DNA of 64,000 nt, from positions 1,632,001-1,696,000 of the forward strand of contig JAXGMI010000001.1 of NCBI GenBank assembly GCA_040768745.1, written 5' to 3'. Shown here in pieces: positions 29,466 to 39,121 of the stretch. This DNA is from Desulfomicrobium sp. GTDB taxonomy: Bacteria; Desulfobacterota; Desulfovibrionia; Desulfovibrionales; Desulfomicrobiaceae. Position 1 is the stretch's first letter; each line of letters begins with the position of its first letter. Made by a program: the position numbers and the translations under genes. The notes below the pieces were generated by a model. That model was not told where the DNA came from. It was given only the letters and a program-made list of their open reading frames with translations, and did no database searches.

Positions 29466-30527
29466 TCATCCCTCCAGCGCCTTCAGAATGGGTTGCTCGA
29501 AATCGTCGGGAGTGGGCAGGTTGCCTGGCAGTTGGCCATGGAAGGCCGAGTCGGCCACGGTCCGGATGGCCAGACGCACGTCCTCGACCATCTGGCCCAT
29601 GTTGTGCTCGATGGTCAGGAAGCGTTTGCCCTGCCTCGCCAGATCCAAGAGTACCGCGGAAGGGAAGGGGAAAAGGGTGATGGGCCTCACCAATCCGACC
29701 TTGTGCCCCTGGGCGCGCAGCTTACGGATTGTGCTCTTGACGATGCGGCCTATGGAGCCGAAGGCCACAACGATGAGGTCGGCGTCTTCGGTCAGGAACA
29801 GTTCCTGGTCTGTTTCAACCTGCATGGCCCTGTACTTGGCGGCCAGCTTTTCATTCTGCCCGGCCAGGGCTCCGTCATCGAGAAAGAGAGATTTCAAGAG
29901 GCGCGGGGCTCGGCTCTTGGCCCCCTGCAAGCCCCAGTCCTGGCCTTCATCCGGGTCCAGACCCTGTGGGATCCATGGCACCAGGGGCTCTTTCATCTGG
30001 CCGATGATGGCGTCGGCCAGAATCATGACGGGGTTGCGGTACTTGAAGGCCAGGTCAAAGGCCTTGATGGTCAGGTCGTAGGCTTCTTGTACGGTGCCCG
30101 GGGCAAGGACCAGCAGGTGGTAGTCGCCGTGACCCCCGCCCTTGGTGGCCTGGAAATAGTCGCCCTGAGAGGGGCCGATGTCCCCCAGGCCGGGGCCACC
30201 GCGGCTGACGTTGACAATGACTCCGGGAATTTCGCTGCCAGCCATGTAGGAAATGGCTTCCTGCTTCAGGGAAATGCCGGGGCTGGACGAGGAGGTCAGG
30301 GCGCGGATGCCACATCCGGCAGCGCCCAGGAGCATGTTGGCCGCGGCCACTTCGCTTTCCGCCTGAACAAACTGTCCACCGGCCTCGATCATGGCTGCGG
30401 ACATGAATTCGGGGATGTCATTCTGGGGTGTGATGGGGTAGCCGAAAAAGCACTTTGCGCCGGCGGTCAGAGCACCGTGGCAAATGGCTTCATTTCCTTT
30501 GACGAAAATGCGCTTGGGCGTGCTCAT
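29466..30527 (-). CDS. vorB: 2-oxoacid:ferredoxin oxidoreductase alpha subunit (VorB-like)
   Basis: KGNEA, GYPITPQ, QAESE, SSSPGISLKQE, RGGPGLG, GGHGDY; true start ATG 30527. Confidence 0.9.
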   Translation of the reverse strand: MSTPKRIFVKGNEAICHGALTAGAKCFFGYPITPQNDIPEFMSAAMIEAGGQFVQAESEVAAANMLLGAAGCGIRALTSSSSPGISLKQEAISYMAGSEIPGVIVNVSRGGPGLGDIGPSQGDYFQATKGGGHGDYHLLVLAPGTVQEAYDLTIKAFDLAFKYRNPVMILADAIIGQMKEPLVPWIPQGLDPDEGQDWGLQGAKSRAPRLLKSLFLDDGALAGQNEKLAAKYRAMQVETDQELFLTEDADLIVVAFGSIGRIVKSTIRKLRAQGHKVGLVRPITLFPFPSAVLLDLARQGKRFLTIEHNMGQMVEDVRLAIRTVADSAFHGQLPGNLPTPDDFEQPILKALEG

Positions 30528-30763
30528 GCAGCACCTCCTTTGGCGGATTCCGTCTTGAAGACGTTGATGGCATAATCTGGGCAGATCATGGCGCAAAACG
30601 CGCAGCCCTTGCATTCGGTCATCATTTCGGCGGTGACTTCGGCCACCTTGTATCCTTTCTGATTGAACCGGTTCGATTGCTGGATAATGCCGGTCGGGCA
30701 GACTTCGGTACAGAGCAGGCAGCCCTTGCAACGGTCTTCCCGGAACTCGACTCTACTCGGCAT
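30524..30763 (-). CDS. 2-oxoacid:ferredoxin oxidoreductase delta subunit (2x4Fe-4S)
   Basis: CKGCLLCTEVCP and CKGCAFCAMICP. Confidence 0.93.
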   Translation of the reverse strand: MPSRVEFREDRCKGCLLCTEVCPTGIIQQSNRFNQKGYKVAEVTAEMMTECKGCAFCAMICPDYAINVFKTESAKGGAA

Positions 30764-30819
30764 GGAATACCTCCACGGGAGATGATGTTAACATGACCAT
30801 GACAGAAGATGAGATTGCT

Positions 30820-31905
30820 TCAGCGGATGACCATGGCGTCTCCATAGGAAAAGAAGCGAAAGCCTCTCTTTACCGCATGATCGTAGGCATCGATAATCTG
30901 TTGCCTCCCCGCCAGTGCGCTGACCATAATGATTAGGGAGGAGCGGGGCAAGTGGAAGTTGGTGATGAGCTGGTCAACGACCTTGAATCTGTATCCGGGA
31001 TAAATGAAAATGTCGGTCCAGCCCCGGAAGGGGCCAATCTCTCCGAGGTGCGAGGCCATGCTCTCCAGGGTGCGGGTCGTGGTCGTGCCCACGGCCACCA
31101 CGGGACGCCCTTCGGCCTTGGCCCTGGCGATGGTCACGGCGGTTTCCTCCGGCACTTCGGCGTATTCGGCGTGCATGACATGCTCGCGGATGTCGTCGCA
31201 GCGCACGGGGCTGAAGGTGCCGTAGCCCACGTAGAGCGTGACCTCGGCCGTACGGATGCCGCGCCCTTCCAGGGCGGCCATGATCCCCGGCGTGAAGTGC
31301 AGCCCGGCCGTGGGCGCGGCCACGGAGCCGAGCTTGTCCTCGCGGGAGTAGACGGTTTGGTAGCGGTCGCGGTCTTCGCCCTTGTCCTCGCGGCGGATGT
31401 AGGGGGGCAGGGGGATGTGTCCCCGCCTCAGGAAATGGTCGGCCAGTTCGCCCCGCCAGCGCAGGCGGACGCGGCTGCGGCCGAACTCGCCCTTCTCCAG
31501 GACCAGGAGTTCCAGGCCGTCGAAATGCAGCCGTTCGCCCGGCCTGGGGCCCTTGGAGGCTTTGAGCAGGCCTTCGGCCTCGGCCGCATTCCAGCCGTCC
31601 GGGCCGGTTTCTGGCTCGATCAGGGACAGGGGCGTGAGGAGCAGGAACTCAGCCCTGCCGCCGGACTCCTTGTGCCCGATGAGCCGGGCCGGGAGGACCT
31701 TGGTGTTGTTGACGACCATCAACGCGTCCTTGGGCAGCAGTTCCGCGACGTCCGCGAACATGCAATCGCGCAGCTCTCCGCTGGAGCGGTCGAGCACCAG
31801 CAGTCGCGACGCCCCGCGCCGCTCGGCCGGGTCCTGGGCGATCTGGGACTCGGGCAGGTCGAAATCGTAGGATTGGAGATTGAATTCCTCGGGGATAGCG
31901 GTCAT
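30820..31905 (-). CDS. queA: S-adenosylmethionine:tRNA ribosyltransferase-isomerase
   Basis: YDFDLP...[50 protein letters not shown]. Confidence 0.97.
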   Translation of the reverse strand: MTAIPEEFNLQSYDFDLPESQIAQDPAERRGASRLLVLDRSSGELRDCMFADVAELLPKDALMVVNNTKVLPARLIGHKESGGRAEFLLLTPLSLIEPETGPDGWNAAEAEGLLKASKGPRPGERLHFDGLELLVLEKGEFGRSRVRLRWRGELADHFLRRGHIPLPPYIRREDKGEDRDRYQTVYSREDKLGSVAAPTAGLHFTPGIMAALEGRGIRTAEVTLYVGYGTFSPVRCDDIREHVMHAEYAEVPEETAVTIARAKAEGRPVVAVGTTTTRTLESMASHLGEIGPFRGWTDIFIYPGYRFKVVDQLITNFHLPRSSLIIMVSALAGRQQIIDAYDHAVKRGFRFFSYGDAMVIR

Positions 31906-31988
31906 GTTTTCCTCATGTCCACGTGCTGCTAGCCCAAGCGGCCGGGAATCGCAATTCTCCCCAACCACCATCAACCGCCGGCCCGAAT

Positions 31989-33272
31989 ATGACATCAGAC
32001 ATTCTGGATTTCGACCGCCAGCACATCTGGCACCCGTATACGTCCATGCGCGACCCCCTGCCCGTGCGCGAGGTAGTCTCCGCGTCTGGTGTGCGTCTGC
32101 GCCTTTCCGACGGCCGGGAACTGATCGATGGCATGTCCTCCTGGTGGGCGGCCATCCACGGCTACAACCACCCGGTCCTGAACGCCGCCATAACAAACCA
32201 GCTTTCGCGCATGGCCCATGTCATGTTCGGTGGCCTGACGCATGAGCCAGCCGTGGAACTTTGCCGCACCCTTGTGAATATGACCCCTCCCTCTTTGACG
32301 AGAGTATTTCTGGCGGATTCGGGTTCTGTGGCCGTGGAAGTGGCCATCAAGATGGCCTTCCAGTTCTGGATCTGTCAGGGCAGGCCGGAAAAGAGCAGAC
32401 TTTTGACCATTCGCGGGGGGTACCACGGCGACACCTTCGCGGCCATGAGCGTGTGCGATCCGGTCAACGGTATGCATGAAATTTTTGCCAATGTCCTGCC
32501 CCGGCATTATTTCCTCCCCCGTCCGCGCTGCCGGTTTGGAGAGGATTGGGACGAGGCGGACGCTGCTCCCGTGCGCGATGTCCTGGAGCGCCACCACCGG
32601 GAAATCGCGGCTGTCATCCTGGAACCCGTGGTGCAGGGCGCGGGAGGGATGCACTTCTATCATCCCATGTACTTGAAGAGAGTACGTGAATTGTGTGACG
32701 CATTCGACGTGCTGCTCATCGCCGACGAGATCGCCACCGGCTTCGGGCGCACGGGTAAGCTCTTCGCCTGCGAGCATGCCGAGATCAGTCCAGACATATT
32801 GTGCCTGGGCAAGGCATTGACAGGCGGATATATGACCCTGGCCGCGACCCTGGCCACGGATCGCGTGGCCGAGGGGGTGTGCGCGGGTCGACCCGGGGTG
32901 TTCATGCATGGTCCCACGTTTATGGCCAACCCCTTGGCCTGCGCCGTGGCCAGGTCCTCATTGGAGGTGCTGGTTAAAAACAATTGGGCCGCGCAATCGG
33001 CCAGGATCGAGGCTTTGCTCAACCAAGGTCTTGATCCGTGCCGAAAATTGCCATATGTGTATAATGTACGAGTCCTCGGATCCATAGGGGTAGTGGAGCT
33101 CCGGGAGCCCGTACAGATGGCCGAAATTCAGACCGCTTTTATCGAAGAGGGCGTCTGGGTTCGTCCCTTTGGCCGTTTGGTGTACGTGATGCCTCCATAC
33201 ATCATGGAAGACCAGGACCTGGCCGTTTTGACCAAATCCTTGGTTCGGGTGGTGGAAGTGCATTGCAGTTGA
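31989..33272 (+). CDS. bioA: Adenosylmethionine-8-amino-7-oxononanoate transaminase
   Basis: [58 protein letters not shown]. Confidence 0.96.
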   Translation: MTSDILDFDRQHIWHPYTSMRDPLPVREVVSASGVRLRLSDGRELIDGMSSWWAAIHGYNHPVLNAAITNQLSRMAHVMFGGLTHEPAVELCRTLVNMTPPSLTRVFLADSGSVAVEVAIKMAFQFWICQGRPEKSRLLTIRGGYHGDTFAAMSVCDPVNGMHEIFANVLPRHYFLPRPRCRFGEDWDEADAAPVRDVLERHHREIAAVILEPVVQGAGGMHFYHPMYLKRVRELCDAFDVLLIADEIATGFGRTGKLFACEHAEISPDILCLGKALTGGYMTLAATLATDRVAEGVCAGRPGVFMHGPTFMANPLACAVARSSLEVLVKNNWAAQSARIEALLNQGLDPCRKLPYVYNVRVLGSIGVVELREPVQMAEIQTAFIEEGVWVRPFGRLVYVMPPYIMEDQDLAVLTKSLVRVVEVHCS

Positions 33273-33340
33273 TGTTCTCCTCCCCCGTCCACAAACGACC
33301 GGTTGTCGCTGTGGGCGGCAGCCCAAAAGGAGAACATCGG

Positions 33341-34786
33341 ATGCAAAAAAATTACGCGTGGCTGTTCTGCCTGGCCGCCATTGGCCTGGGATTTTTCGGC
33401 GCGTTGCCCGATGCCTTGGCCGCAGACGGGGACCTGCATCATGAGGCCGAGGAAATCGGAAAGCACCTGGGCGTGATGTGGGTGGTGCCCTTCGCATGCA
33501 TGCTCCTGTCCATCGCCATTATGCCCCTGGCCATTCCCCACTTCTGGCATCATCACTACGGCAAGGTCTCCGCGTTCTGGGGTCTGGCCTTTCTGGTGCC
33601 CTTCGCCCTGGTCCACGGGCTCGATCTGGCCTTCTATTCCGTAGTGCACACCCTGTTGCTGGAGTATATCTCCTTCATTGTCCTGCTCTTTTCGCTGTTC
33701 ACCATTGCCGGTGGGGTGTGCCTGCGCGGGTCCCTGGTGGGCAAGCCTGTGGTCAACACGGTCATCCTGCTGATCGGGACCCTGCTGGCCAGTTGGATGG
33801 GGACCACCGGCGCGGCCATGCTGCTCATCCGGCCGCTCATGCGGGCCATCTCGCACCGCAAGTACAAGGTGCACACCATCGTCTTCTTCATCTTCCTGGT
33901 GGCCAACATCGGCGGCAGCCTGACTCCCCTGGGCGACCCCCCGCTGTTTCTGGGCTTCCTGAAGGGTGTGTCCTTTTTCTGGACCACGATCCACATGCTC
34001 ATCCCCTTCGCGGTCCTCTCGGCCATCCTGCTGGGCCTGTATTTTGCCATCGACACCTACCTGTTCAACAAGGAAGGCCGCCCCGAGTCCCCTGACGCAG
34101 GACAGGATGGACGCCTGCGTCTGGAAGGAACCCACAACCTGCTCCTGCTGGGCGGCGTGATCGCCGGCGTGCTCATGAGCGGCATGTGGAAGCCCAAGGG
34201 AGGGATGACAATCTATCACGTGCACGTCGAGCTGCAGAACATCGTGCGCGACATCCTGCTCCTGGTCCTGGCCGCCGTGAGCCTCAAGACCACGGCCGCG
34301 GAGATCCGGCGCCGAAACGAGTTCGACTGGGAGCCCATCCGCGAGGTGGCCAAGCTTTTCGCCGGCATCTTCATCTCCATGATTCCGGCCATCTCCATCC
34401 TGCGCGCGGGCATGGACGGCGCCCTGCGCGGCGTCATCTCCATGGTCAAGACAGCCGACGGCCTGGACAATCACACCATGTACTTCTGGCTGTCCGGCGG
34501 TCTTTCGAGTTTCCTGGACAACGCCCCAACCTATCTGGTCTTCTTCAACACCGCCGGCGGCGACCCGCAACGGCTCATGAGCGAGGTCGGCACGCTGCTG
34601 GCCATCTCGGCGGGCGCGGTGTTCATGGGCGCCAACACGTACATCGGCAACGCTCCGAACTTCATGGTCCGGTCCATAGCCGAGTCCGGCGGGATCAAGA
34701 TGCCCAGCTTCTTCGGGTACATGGCCTGGTCCGTGGGCATCCTGGTGCCGTGCTTCGTGCTCATGAACATCCTCTTCTTCCACTAA
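33341..34786 (+). CDS. Putative sodium:proton antiporter (IT/NhaD-ArsB superfamily), copy 1
   Basis: Many TM helices; ANIGGSLTPLGDPPL, SSFLDNAPTY, GANTYIGNAPNFMV hairpin motifs; GGAG RBS. Confidence 0.85.
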   Translation: MQKNYAWLFCLAAIGLGFFGALPDALAADGDLHHEAEEIGKHLGVMWVVPFACMLLSIAIMPLAIPHFWHHHYGKVSAFWGLAFLVPFALVHGLDLAFYSVVHTLLLEYISFIVLLFSLFTIAGGVCLRGSLVGKPVVNTVILLIGTLLASWMGTTGAAMLLIRPLMRAISHRKYKVHTIVFFIFLVANIGGSLTPLGDPPLFLGFLKGVSFFWTTIHMLIPFAVLSAILLGLYFAIDTYLFNKEGRPESPDAGQDGRLRLEGTHNLLLLGGVIAGVLMSGMWKPKGGMTIYHVHVELQNIVRDILLLVLAAVSLKTTAAEIRRRNEFDWEPIREVAKLFAGIFISMIPAISILRAGMDGALRGVISMVKTADGLDNHTMYFWLSGGLSSFLDNAPTYLVFFNTAGGDPQRLMSEVGTLLAISAGAVFMGANTYIGNAPNFMVRSIAESGGIKMPSFFGYMAWSVGILVPCFVLMNILFFH

Positions 34787-34826
34787 ATCGAAAGCAGGGC
34801 GGCTCTGCCGCCATGGAGGAACGACC

Positions 34827-35291
34827 ATGATAAAGGTAGAAAAAGTGCTTATCCCGGTGGACGGGTCCGATTCGTCCAGGAATGCGACCAAGTACGGCGC
34901 GCACCTAGTCAATTCCAGAGACCCGAAGATCTACCTGCTGAACGTCACGGAGCCGGTGAACATGACCATCGGCGGAGAGATGGCCGAGCGGGTGCGCAAG
35001 GCGGCCGAGGCCAAATCCCTGGCCCTTCTGGAGGAATACAAGAAACTGCTCGAGCCCTGCGGTATGGACGTGGAACTCATCTCGCGCAGCGGCCGTCCGG
35101 ACTACGTGATTCTGAACGTCCAGGACGAGCTGGACTGCGACCTCATCGTCATCGGCTCCCGCGGCCTCTCTGTCCTGGAGAACGTGATCATGGGCAGCGT
35201 GGTCACCCGCGTGCTGGAAGGGGCGACCTGTCCGGTGCTGGTCACCCGCAACCTCAGGCTGAAGTATCTGCAGGACGCCTGCGGACTCTGA
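34827..35291 (+). CDS. Universal stress protein, copy 1
   Basis: KVLIPVDGSDSS, DLIVIGSRG...MGSVVTRVL...CPVLV. Confidence 0.93.
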   Translation: MIKVEKVLIPVDGSDSSRNATKYGAHLVNSRDPKIYLLNVTEPVNMTIGGEMAERVRKAAEAKSLALLEEYKKLLEPCGMDVELISRSGRPDYVILNVQDELDCDLIVIGSRGLSVLENVIMGSVVTRVLEGATCPVLVTRNLRLKYLQDACGL

Positions 35292-35315
35292 TTTCGCTTC
35301 GAGGGAATGCATTAC

Positions 35316-35348
35316 GGGTCGGCCTCCGTAAGGGGGCCGGCCTTTTTT
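35316..35348 (+). terminator. Rho-independent terminator after USP copy 1
   Basis: GGGTCGGCCTCC-GTAA-GGGGGCCGGCCT followed by a T run. Confidence 0.85.
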
Positions 35349-35761
35349 CATCATTCCCCGGTTTCTTGGAAAGAATGGAATGGTTCCAGGCGCATGGGGA
35401 TGTTTTTTTCCTGCTTGTCTGGATTTGTGATGCATCGTCCGCAGGGCGCGACTGACAGGGTCTTGCTCGAGGCTCTTGCTCCAATCGATGATATGTTATA
35501 TTCGGCTCGCCGTGAGCGTGCTGGGTTCCATGGCCATCGTTTTTTGACGCCAGTGCGCAGGACAGATCCGGAAGCCCCTTGCAAAGTTGCATCCGGATTC
35601 GCCCTCGGGAAGTTGGCAGGAATGATGTCATCACATCATCATGGGCCAGATCTGTTTTTTGTCAGGGTGTCGAGAGATGGGCTGGGCGCCGGTCACGATG
35701 CCTTCAACGTTCATGTGAATGGTGCGTCGCGCCAAGCGGCGGCCCAAAAGGAGAACATGGG

Positions 35762-37201
35762 ATGCGAAAGAGTTCTGTCTGGTTTGTTTGCCTGGCGGTC
35801 ATTGGTCTGGGTGTGTTCGGCATGTTGCCCGATGTCTGGGCCTCGGGAGGGGATCTCCATCACCAAGCCGAGGAAATCGGCAAACATTTGGGTGGGCTGT
35901 GGGTTGTGCCCTTTGCCTGTATGCTTCTCTCCATTGCCATCATGCCCCTGGCCATGCCCCATTTCTGGCACCATCATTATGGCAAGGTGGCAGCATTCTG
36001 GGGGCTGGCATACCTGATACCCTTTGCCATTAGCCACGGGTTCGATCTAGCGCTGTATCAAGTTGCGCACACTATGTTCCTGGAATACTTTTCTTTTTTA
36101 ATTCTGCTCTTTTCACTTTTCACCATCGCCGGCGGCGTGTGCCTGCGCGGATCCCTGGTAGGCAAACCGCAGGTCAACACCGCCATTCTGCTGATTGGCA
36201 CCCTGCTGGCCAGCTGGATGGGGACCACCGGTGCGGCCATGCTGCTCATCCGGCCGCTGATGAGAGCCATCTCCCACCGCAAATACAAGATTCACACCAT
36301 CGTCTTTTTCATCTTCCTGGTGGCCAATGTCGGCGGCAGCCTGACGCCCCTTGGCGACCCGCCACTGTTTCTCGGCTTCCTGAAGGGCGTGTCCTTCTTC
36401 TGGACCACCGTGCATCTTTTTATGCCCTTTGCAGTTGTTTCTGGCATCCTTTTGGCCATTTACTTTGTTATTGACACGGTCCTCTTCAATAAGGAAGGCC
36501 GGCCCGAATCCCCGGATGCGGGCAAGGACGGTAAGCTGCGCCTGGAAGGCTCCCACAACTTGCTCCTGCTGGCCGGCGTGGTCGGCGGTGTGCTCATGAG
36601 CGGCATGTGGAAGCCAGAAGGTGGATTCAGCATTTATCATGTGCATGTGGAGCTCCAGAATGTCGTGCGTGACATCCTGCTTCTTGTCCTGGCCGCCATC
36701 AGCCTGAAGACCACTTCCACAGAGATCCGACGTCGCAATGAATTTGAATGGGAGCCAATCCGTGAAGTGGCCAAGCTGTTCTTGGGCATTTTCATTTCCA
36801 TGATCCCGGCGATAGCCATTCTCCGTGCGGGAGAGGAAGGTGCTCTGCGCAGTCTCATCGCCCTGGTCTCGACCAACGGCGTACCCAACAACGCCATGTA
36901 TTTCTGGCTGACCGGAGCTTTGTCGAGTTTCCTGGACAACGCCCCGACCTACCTGGTGTTCTTCAACACTGCTGGCGGTGATGCGAACGCTCTGATGAAT
37001 CAGGTACCGACGCTCATGGCCATTTCTGCTGGTGCGGTGTTCATGGGTGCCAACACGTATATCGGCAACGCTCCGAACTTCATGGTCCGGTCCATAGCCG
37101 AGTCAGGCGGGATCAAGATGCCCAGTTTCTTCGGGTACATGGCCTGGTCAGTGGGCATCCTCATTCCGTGCTTCATACTGACGACCCTGCTCTTTTTCTA
37201 A
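35762..37201 (+). CDS. Putative sodium:proton antiporter, copy 2
   Basis: Colinear, highly similar paralog of 33341..34786 with the same GCCCAAAAGGAGAACAT leader. Confidence 0.85.
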   Translation: MRKSSVWFVCLAVIGLGVFGMLPDVWASGGDLHHQAEEIGKHLGGLWVVPFACMLLSIAIMPLAMPHFWHHHYGKVAAFWGLAYLIPFAISHGFDLALYQVAHTMFLEYFSFLILLFSLFTIAGGVCLRGSLVGKPQVNTAILLIGTLLASWMGTTGAAMLLIRPLMRAISHRKYKIHTIVFFIFLVANVGGSLTPLGDPPLFLGFLKGVSFFWTTVHLFMPFAVVSGILLAIYFVIDTVLFNKEGRPESPDAGKDGKLRLEGSHNLLLLAGVVGGVLMSGMWKPEGGFSIYHVHVELQNVVRDILLLVLAAISLKTTSTEIRRRNEFEWEPIREVAKLFLGIFISMIPAIAILRAGEEGALRSLIALVSTNGVPNNAMYFWLTGALSSFLDNAPTYLVFFNTAGGDANALMNQVPTLMAISAGAVFMGANTYIGNAPNFMVRSIAESGGIKMPSFFGYMAWSVGILIPCFILTTLLFF

Positions 37202-37243
37202 TCGCGAGCAAATGGGCGGGCTCACCGCCAGGGAGAAAATCTG

Positions 37244-37708
37244 ATGATCAAGATTGAACGTGTGTTGATACCCGTGGACGGGTCCGATTCGTCCAGGAAT
37301 GCGGCCAAGTACGGGACCCAGCTGGTCAATGCCCGCAACCCCAAGATATACCTGCTGAACGTCTGGGAACCGGTCAACATGACCATCGGCGGGGAGATGG
37401 CCGAAAAACTGCGGCAGAACGCCGAGGCCAAATCCATGGCCATGCTGCAGGAATACAAGAAACTGCTCGAACCCTGCGGCATGGAAATAGAACTCATTTC
37501 CCGCAGCGGCCGTCCGGACTACGTGATTCTGAACGTCCAGGACGAACTGGAGTGCGATCTCATAGTCATCGGTTCACGGGGCCTTTCGGTCCTGGAGAAC
37601 GTGATCATGGGCAGCGTGGTCACGCGGGTGTTGGAAGGAGCCAGCTGTCCTGTGCTGGTGACGCGCAACCTGCGGTTCAAGTACCTGCAGGACGCCTGCG
37701 GAATCTGA
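37244..37708 (+). CDS. Universal stress protein, copy 2
   Basis: Close paralog of 34827..35291, same length (154 aa). Confidence 0.93.
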   Translation: MIKIERVLIPVDGSDSSRNAAKYGTQLVNARNPKIYLLNVWEPVNMTIGGEMAEKLRQNAEAKSMAMLQEYKKLLEPCGMEIELISRSGRPDYVILNVQDELECDLIVIGSRGLSVLENVIMGSVVTRVLEGASCPVLVTRNLRFKYLQDACGI

Positions 37709-37732
37709 CCCCGGCAGAACAGCAAAGAAACG

Positions 37733-37763
37733 AAAGCCGGCTCCTGGTGGGGCCGGCTTTTTT
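37733..37763. terminator. Probably bidirectional terminator between USP copy 2 and the zraR-like gene
   Basis: AAAGCCGGCTCC-TGGT-GGGGCCGGCTTT with A-rich left flank and T-rich right flank. Confidence 0.85.
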
Positions 37764-39121
37764 CATCTGGTGGTCAGGCCATGTTTTTTCAGACGGTACT
37801 GCAGGGTGCGGCGGCTGATGCCCAGGGCCTGGGCCGTACGCTCGCGGTGCCCATGGCATTTGCGCAGAGTCTCCTCCAGCGCCTGGCGTTCGGCGAGTTC
37901 CAGTGGACTGTTCAGAACATGGAGACTGGGCTCAAGCAACGGTCTTTCTTTGTGTTGGAGGTGCTCTGGCAGATCACGCAGATCCAGGATGTCCCCTCGG
38001 CAGAGAATCAAGGATCGCTCCAGCACGTTTTCCAGCTCCCGCACGTTCCCACGCCATTCATGGCGGCCGAGGGCATCAAGGAATTCTCTGGATACCGATC
38101 GGATGGGTTTACTGTTTTTACGACCCAGCTTGGCAAGGAGAAAATCAACCAGCAAGGGGATGTCCTCCGGGCGTTCGCGCAGGGGGGGGATGCGTATTTC
38201 GAGGACGTTCAGACGGTAATACAGGTCTTCCCGGAATGTGCCTGCGGCAATCATGGCCGGCAGGTCACGGTTGGTGGCGGCAATGAAGCGCACGTCAACA
38301 TTGACCGGGGCCACGCCCCCCAGAGGCTCTACAATCCGTTCCTGCAGGGCTCGCAGGATTTTGGCCTGCAGGGTCAGGGGCAGTTCGCCGATTTCGTCCA
38401 GGAAAAGGGTCCCTCCGCTGGCCAACTGAAAGCGACCGGGTTTGTCCTGGGCCGCTCCGGTGAAGGCTCCGCGGATGTAGCCAAACAGTTCGCTCTCCAG
38501 CAGGCTTTCTGGCAGGGCTGCACAGTTGACCTTGATGAGCGGACCTTTGGCGCGCAAGCTGCGATCATGCAGGAGCTGGGCAGCCAGTTCCTTGCCTGTG
38601 CCGGATTCGCCGAGGATCAGGACATTGGCCTCGCTCGGTCCGACCTGTTCAATGAGCTCTACGACCCGGCGGATGGCTGCGCTGTCCCCGATAATGCGGG
38701 TTTCGCGCATCTGACCGATCTGCTTTTTCAATTCCCGGTTTTCCAAAGCCAGGCGGGAGTGCTCCACGGCTTTCTGGATCACAGCCAAAAGCTCGTCGTT
38801 GTCAGCAGGCTTGGTCAGGTAATGAAAAGCCCCGCTCTTCATGGCTTCCACCGCGCTGCCCACATTGCCAAAGGCAGTGAGCATGATCACCGGCGGAAAG
38901 GTTCCTTGTTCCTGGAGCCGCTGCAGCACCTCCAGGCCGTTCATGCCCGGCATGCGCATGTCGAGCAGAATGGCGTCAACCTGCTTGCTTCGCAGCAGAT
39001 TCAGACCCGTGGATCCGTTGTCGGCTTCGAGGACTTTGAACCCCGCATCACCCAGGACAACGCGGACCATGAGTCGGTGGGCTGGTTCATCGTCAATGAT
39101 CAGGACTGTGTGTTGCGTCAT
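37763..39121 (-). CDS. Sigma54-dependent response regulator (ZraR/NtrC-like)
   Basis: Receiver domain (DMRMP), GESGTGKE, GAFTGA, FLDEIGE, WRGNVREL, Fis-type HTH. Confidence 0.93.
   Translation of the reverse strand: MTQHTVLIIDDEPAHRLMVRVVLGDAGFKVLEADNGSTGLNLLRSKQVDAILLDMRMPGMNGLEVLQRLQEQGTFPPVIMLTAFGNVGSAVEAMKSGAFHYLTKPADNDELLAVIQKAVEHSRLALENRELKKQIGQMRETRIIGDSAAIRRVVELIEQVGPSEANVLILGESGTGKELAAQLLHDRSLRAKGPLIKVNCAALPESLLESELFGYIRGAFTGAAQDKPGRFQLASGGTLFLDEIGELPLTLQAKILRALQERIVEPLGGVAPVNVDVRFIAATNRDLPAMIAAGTFREDLYYRLNVLEIRIPPLRERPEDIPLLVDFLLAKLGRKNSKPIRSVSREFLDALGRHEWRGNVRELENVLERSLILCRGDILDLRDLPEHLQHKERPLLEPSLHVLNSPLELAERQALEETLRKCHGHRERTAQALGISRRTLQYRLKKHGLTTR

Noticed and set aside
33128..34912. 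594-aa minus-strand ORF and similar long antisense frames (21105-22313, 25677-26423, 28684-30081, 37781-39142, 47693-49180, 49838-51058, 56595-58217, 62404-63717)
   Set aside because: All lie opposite well-supported genes and have the composition typical of shadow ORFs.
35307..36017. 236-aa ORF spanning the gap between the duplicated modules
   Set aside because: Crosses a terminator and overlaps antiporter copy 2 out of frame; no motif support.
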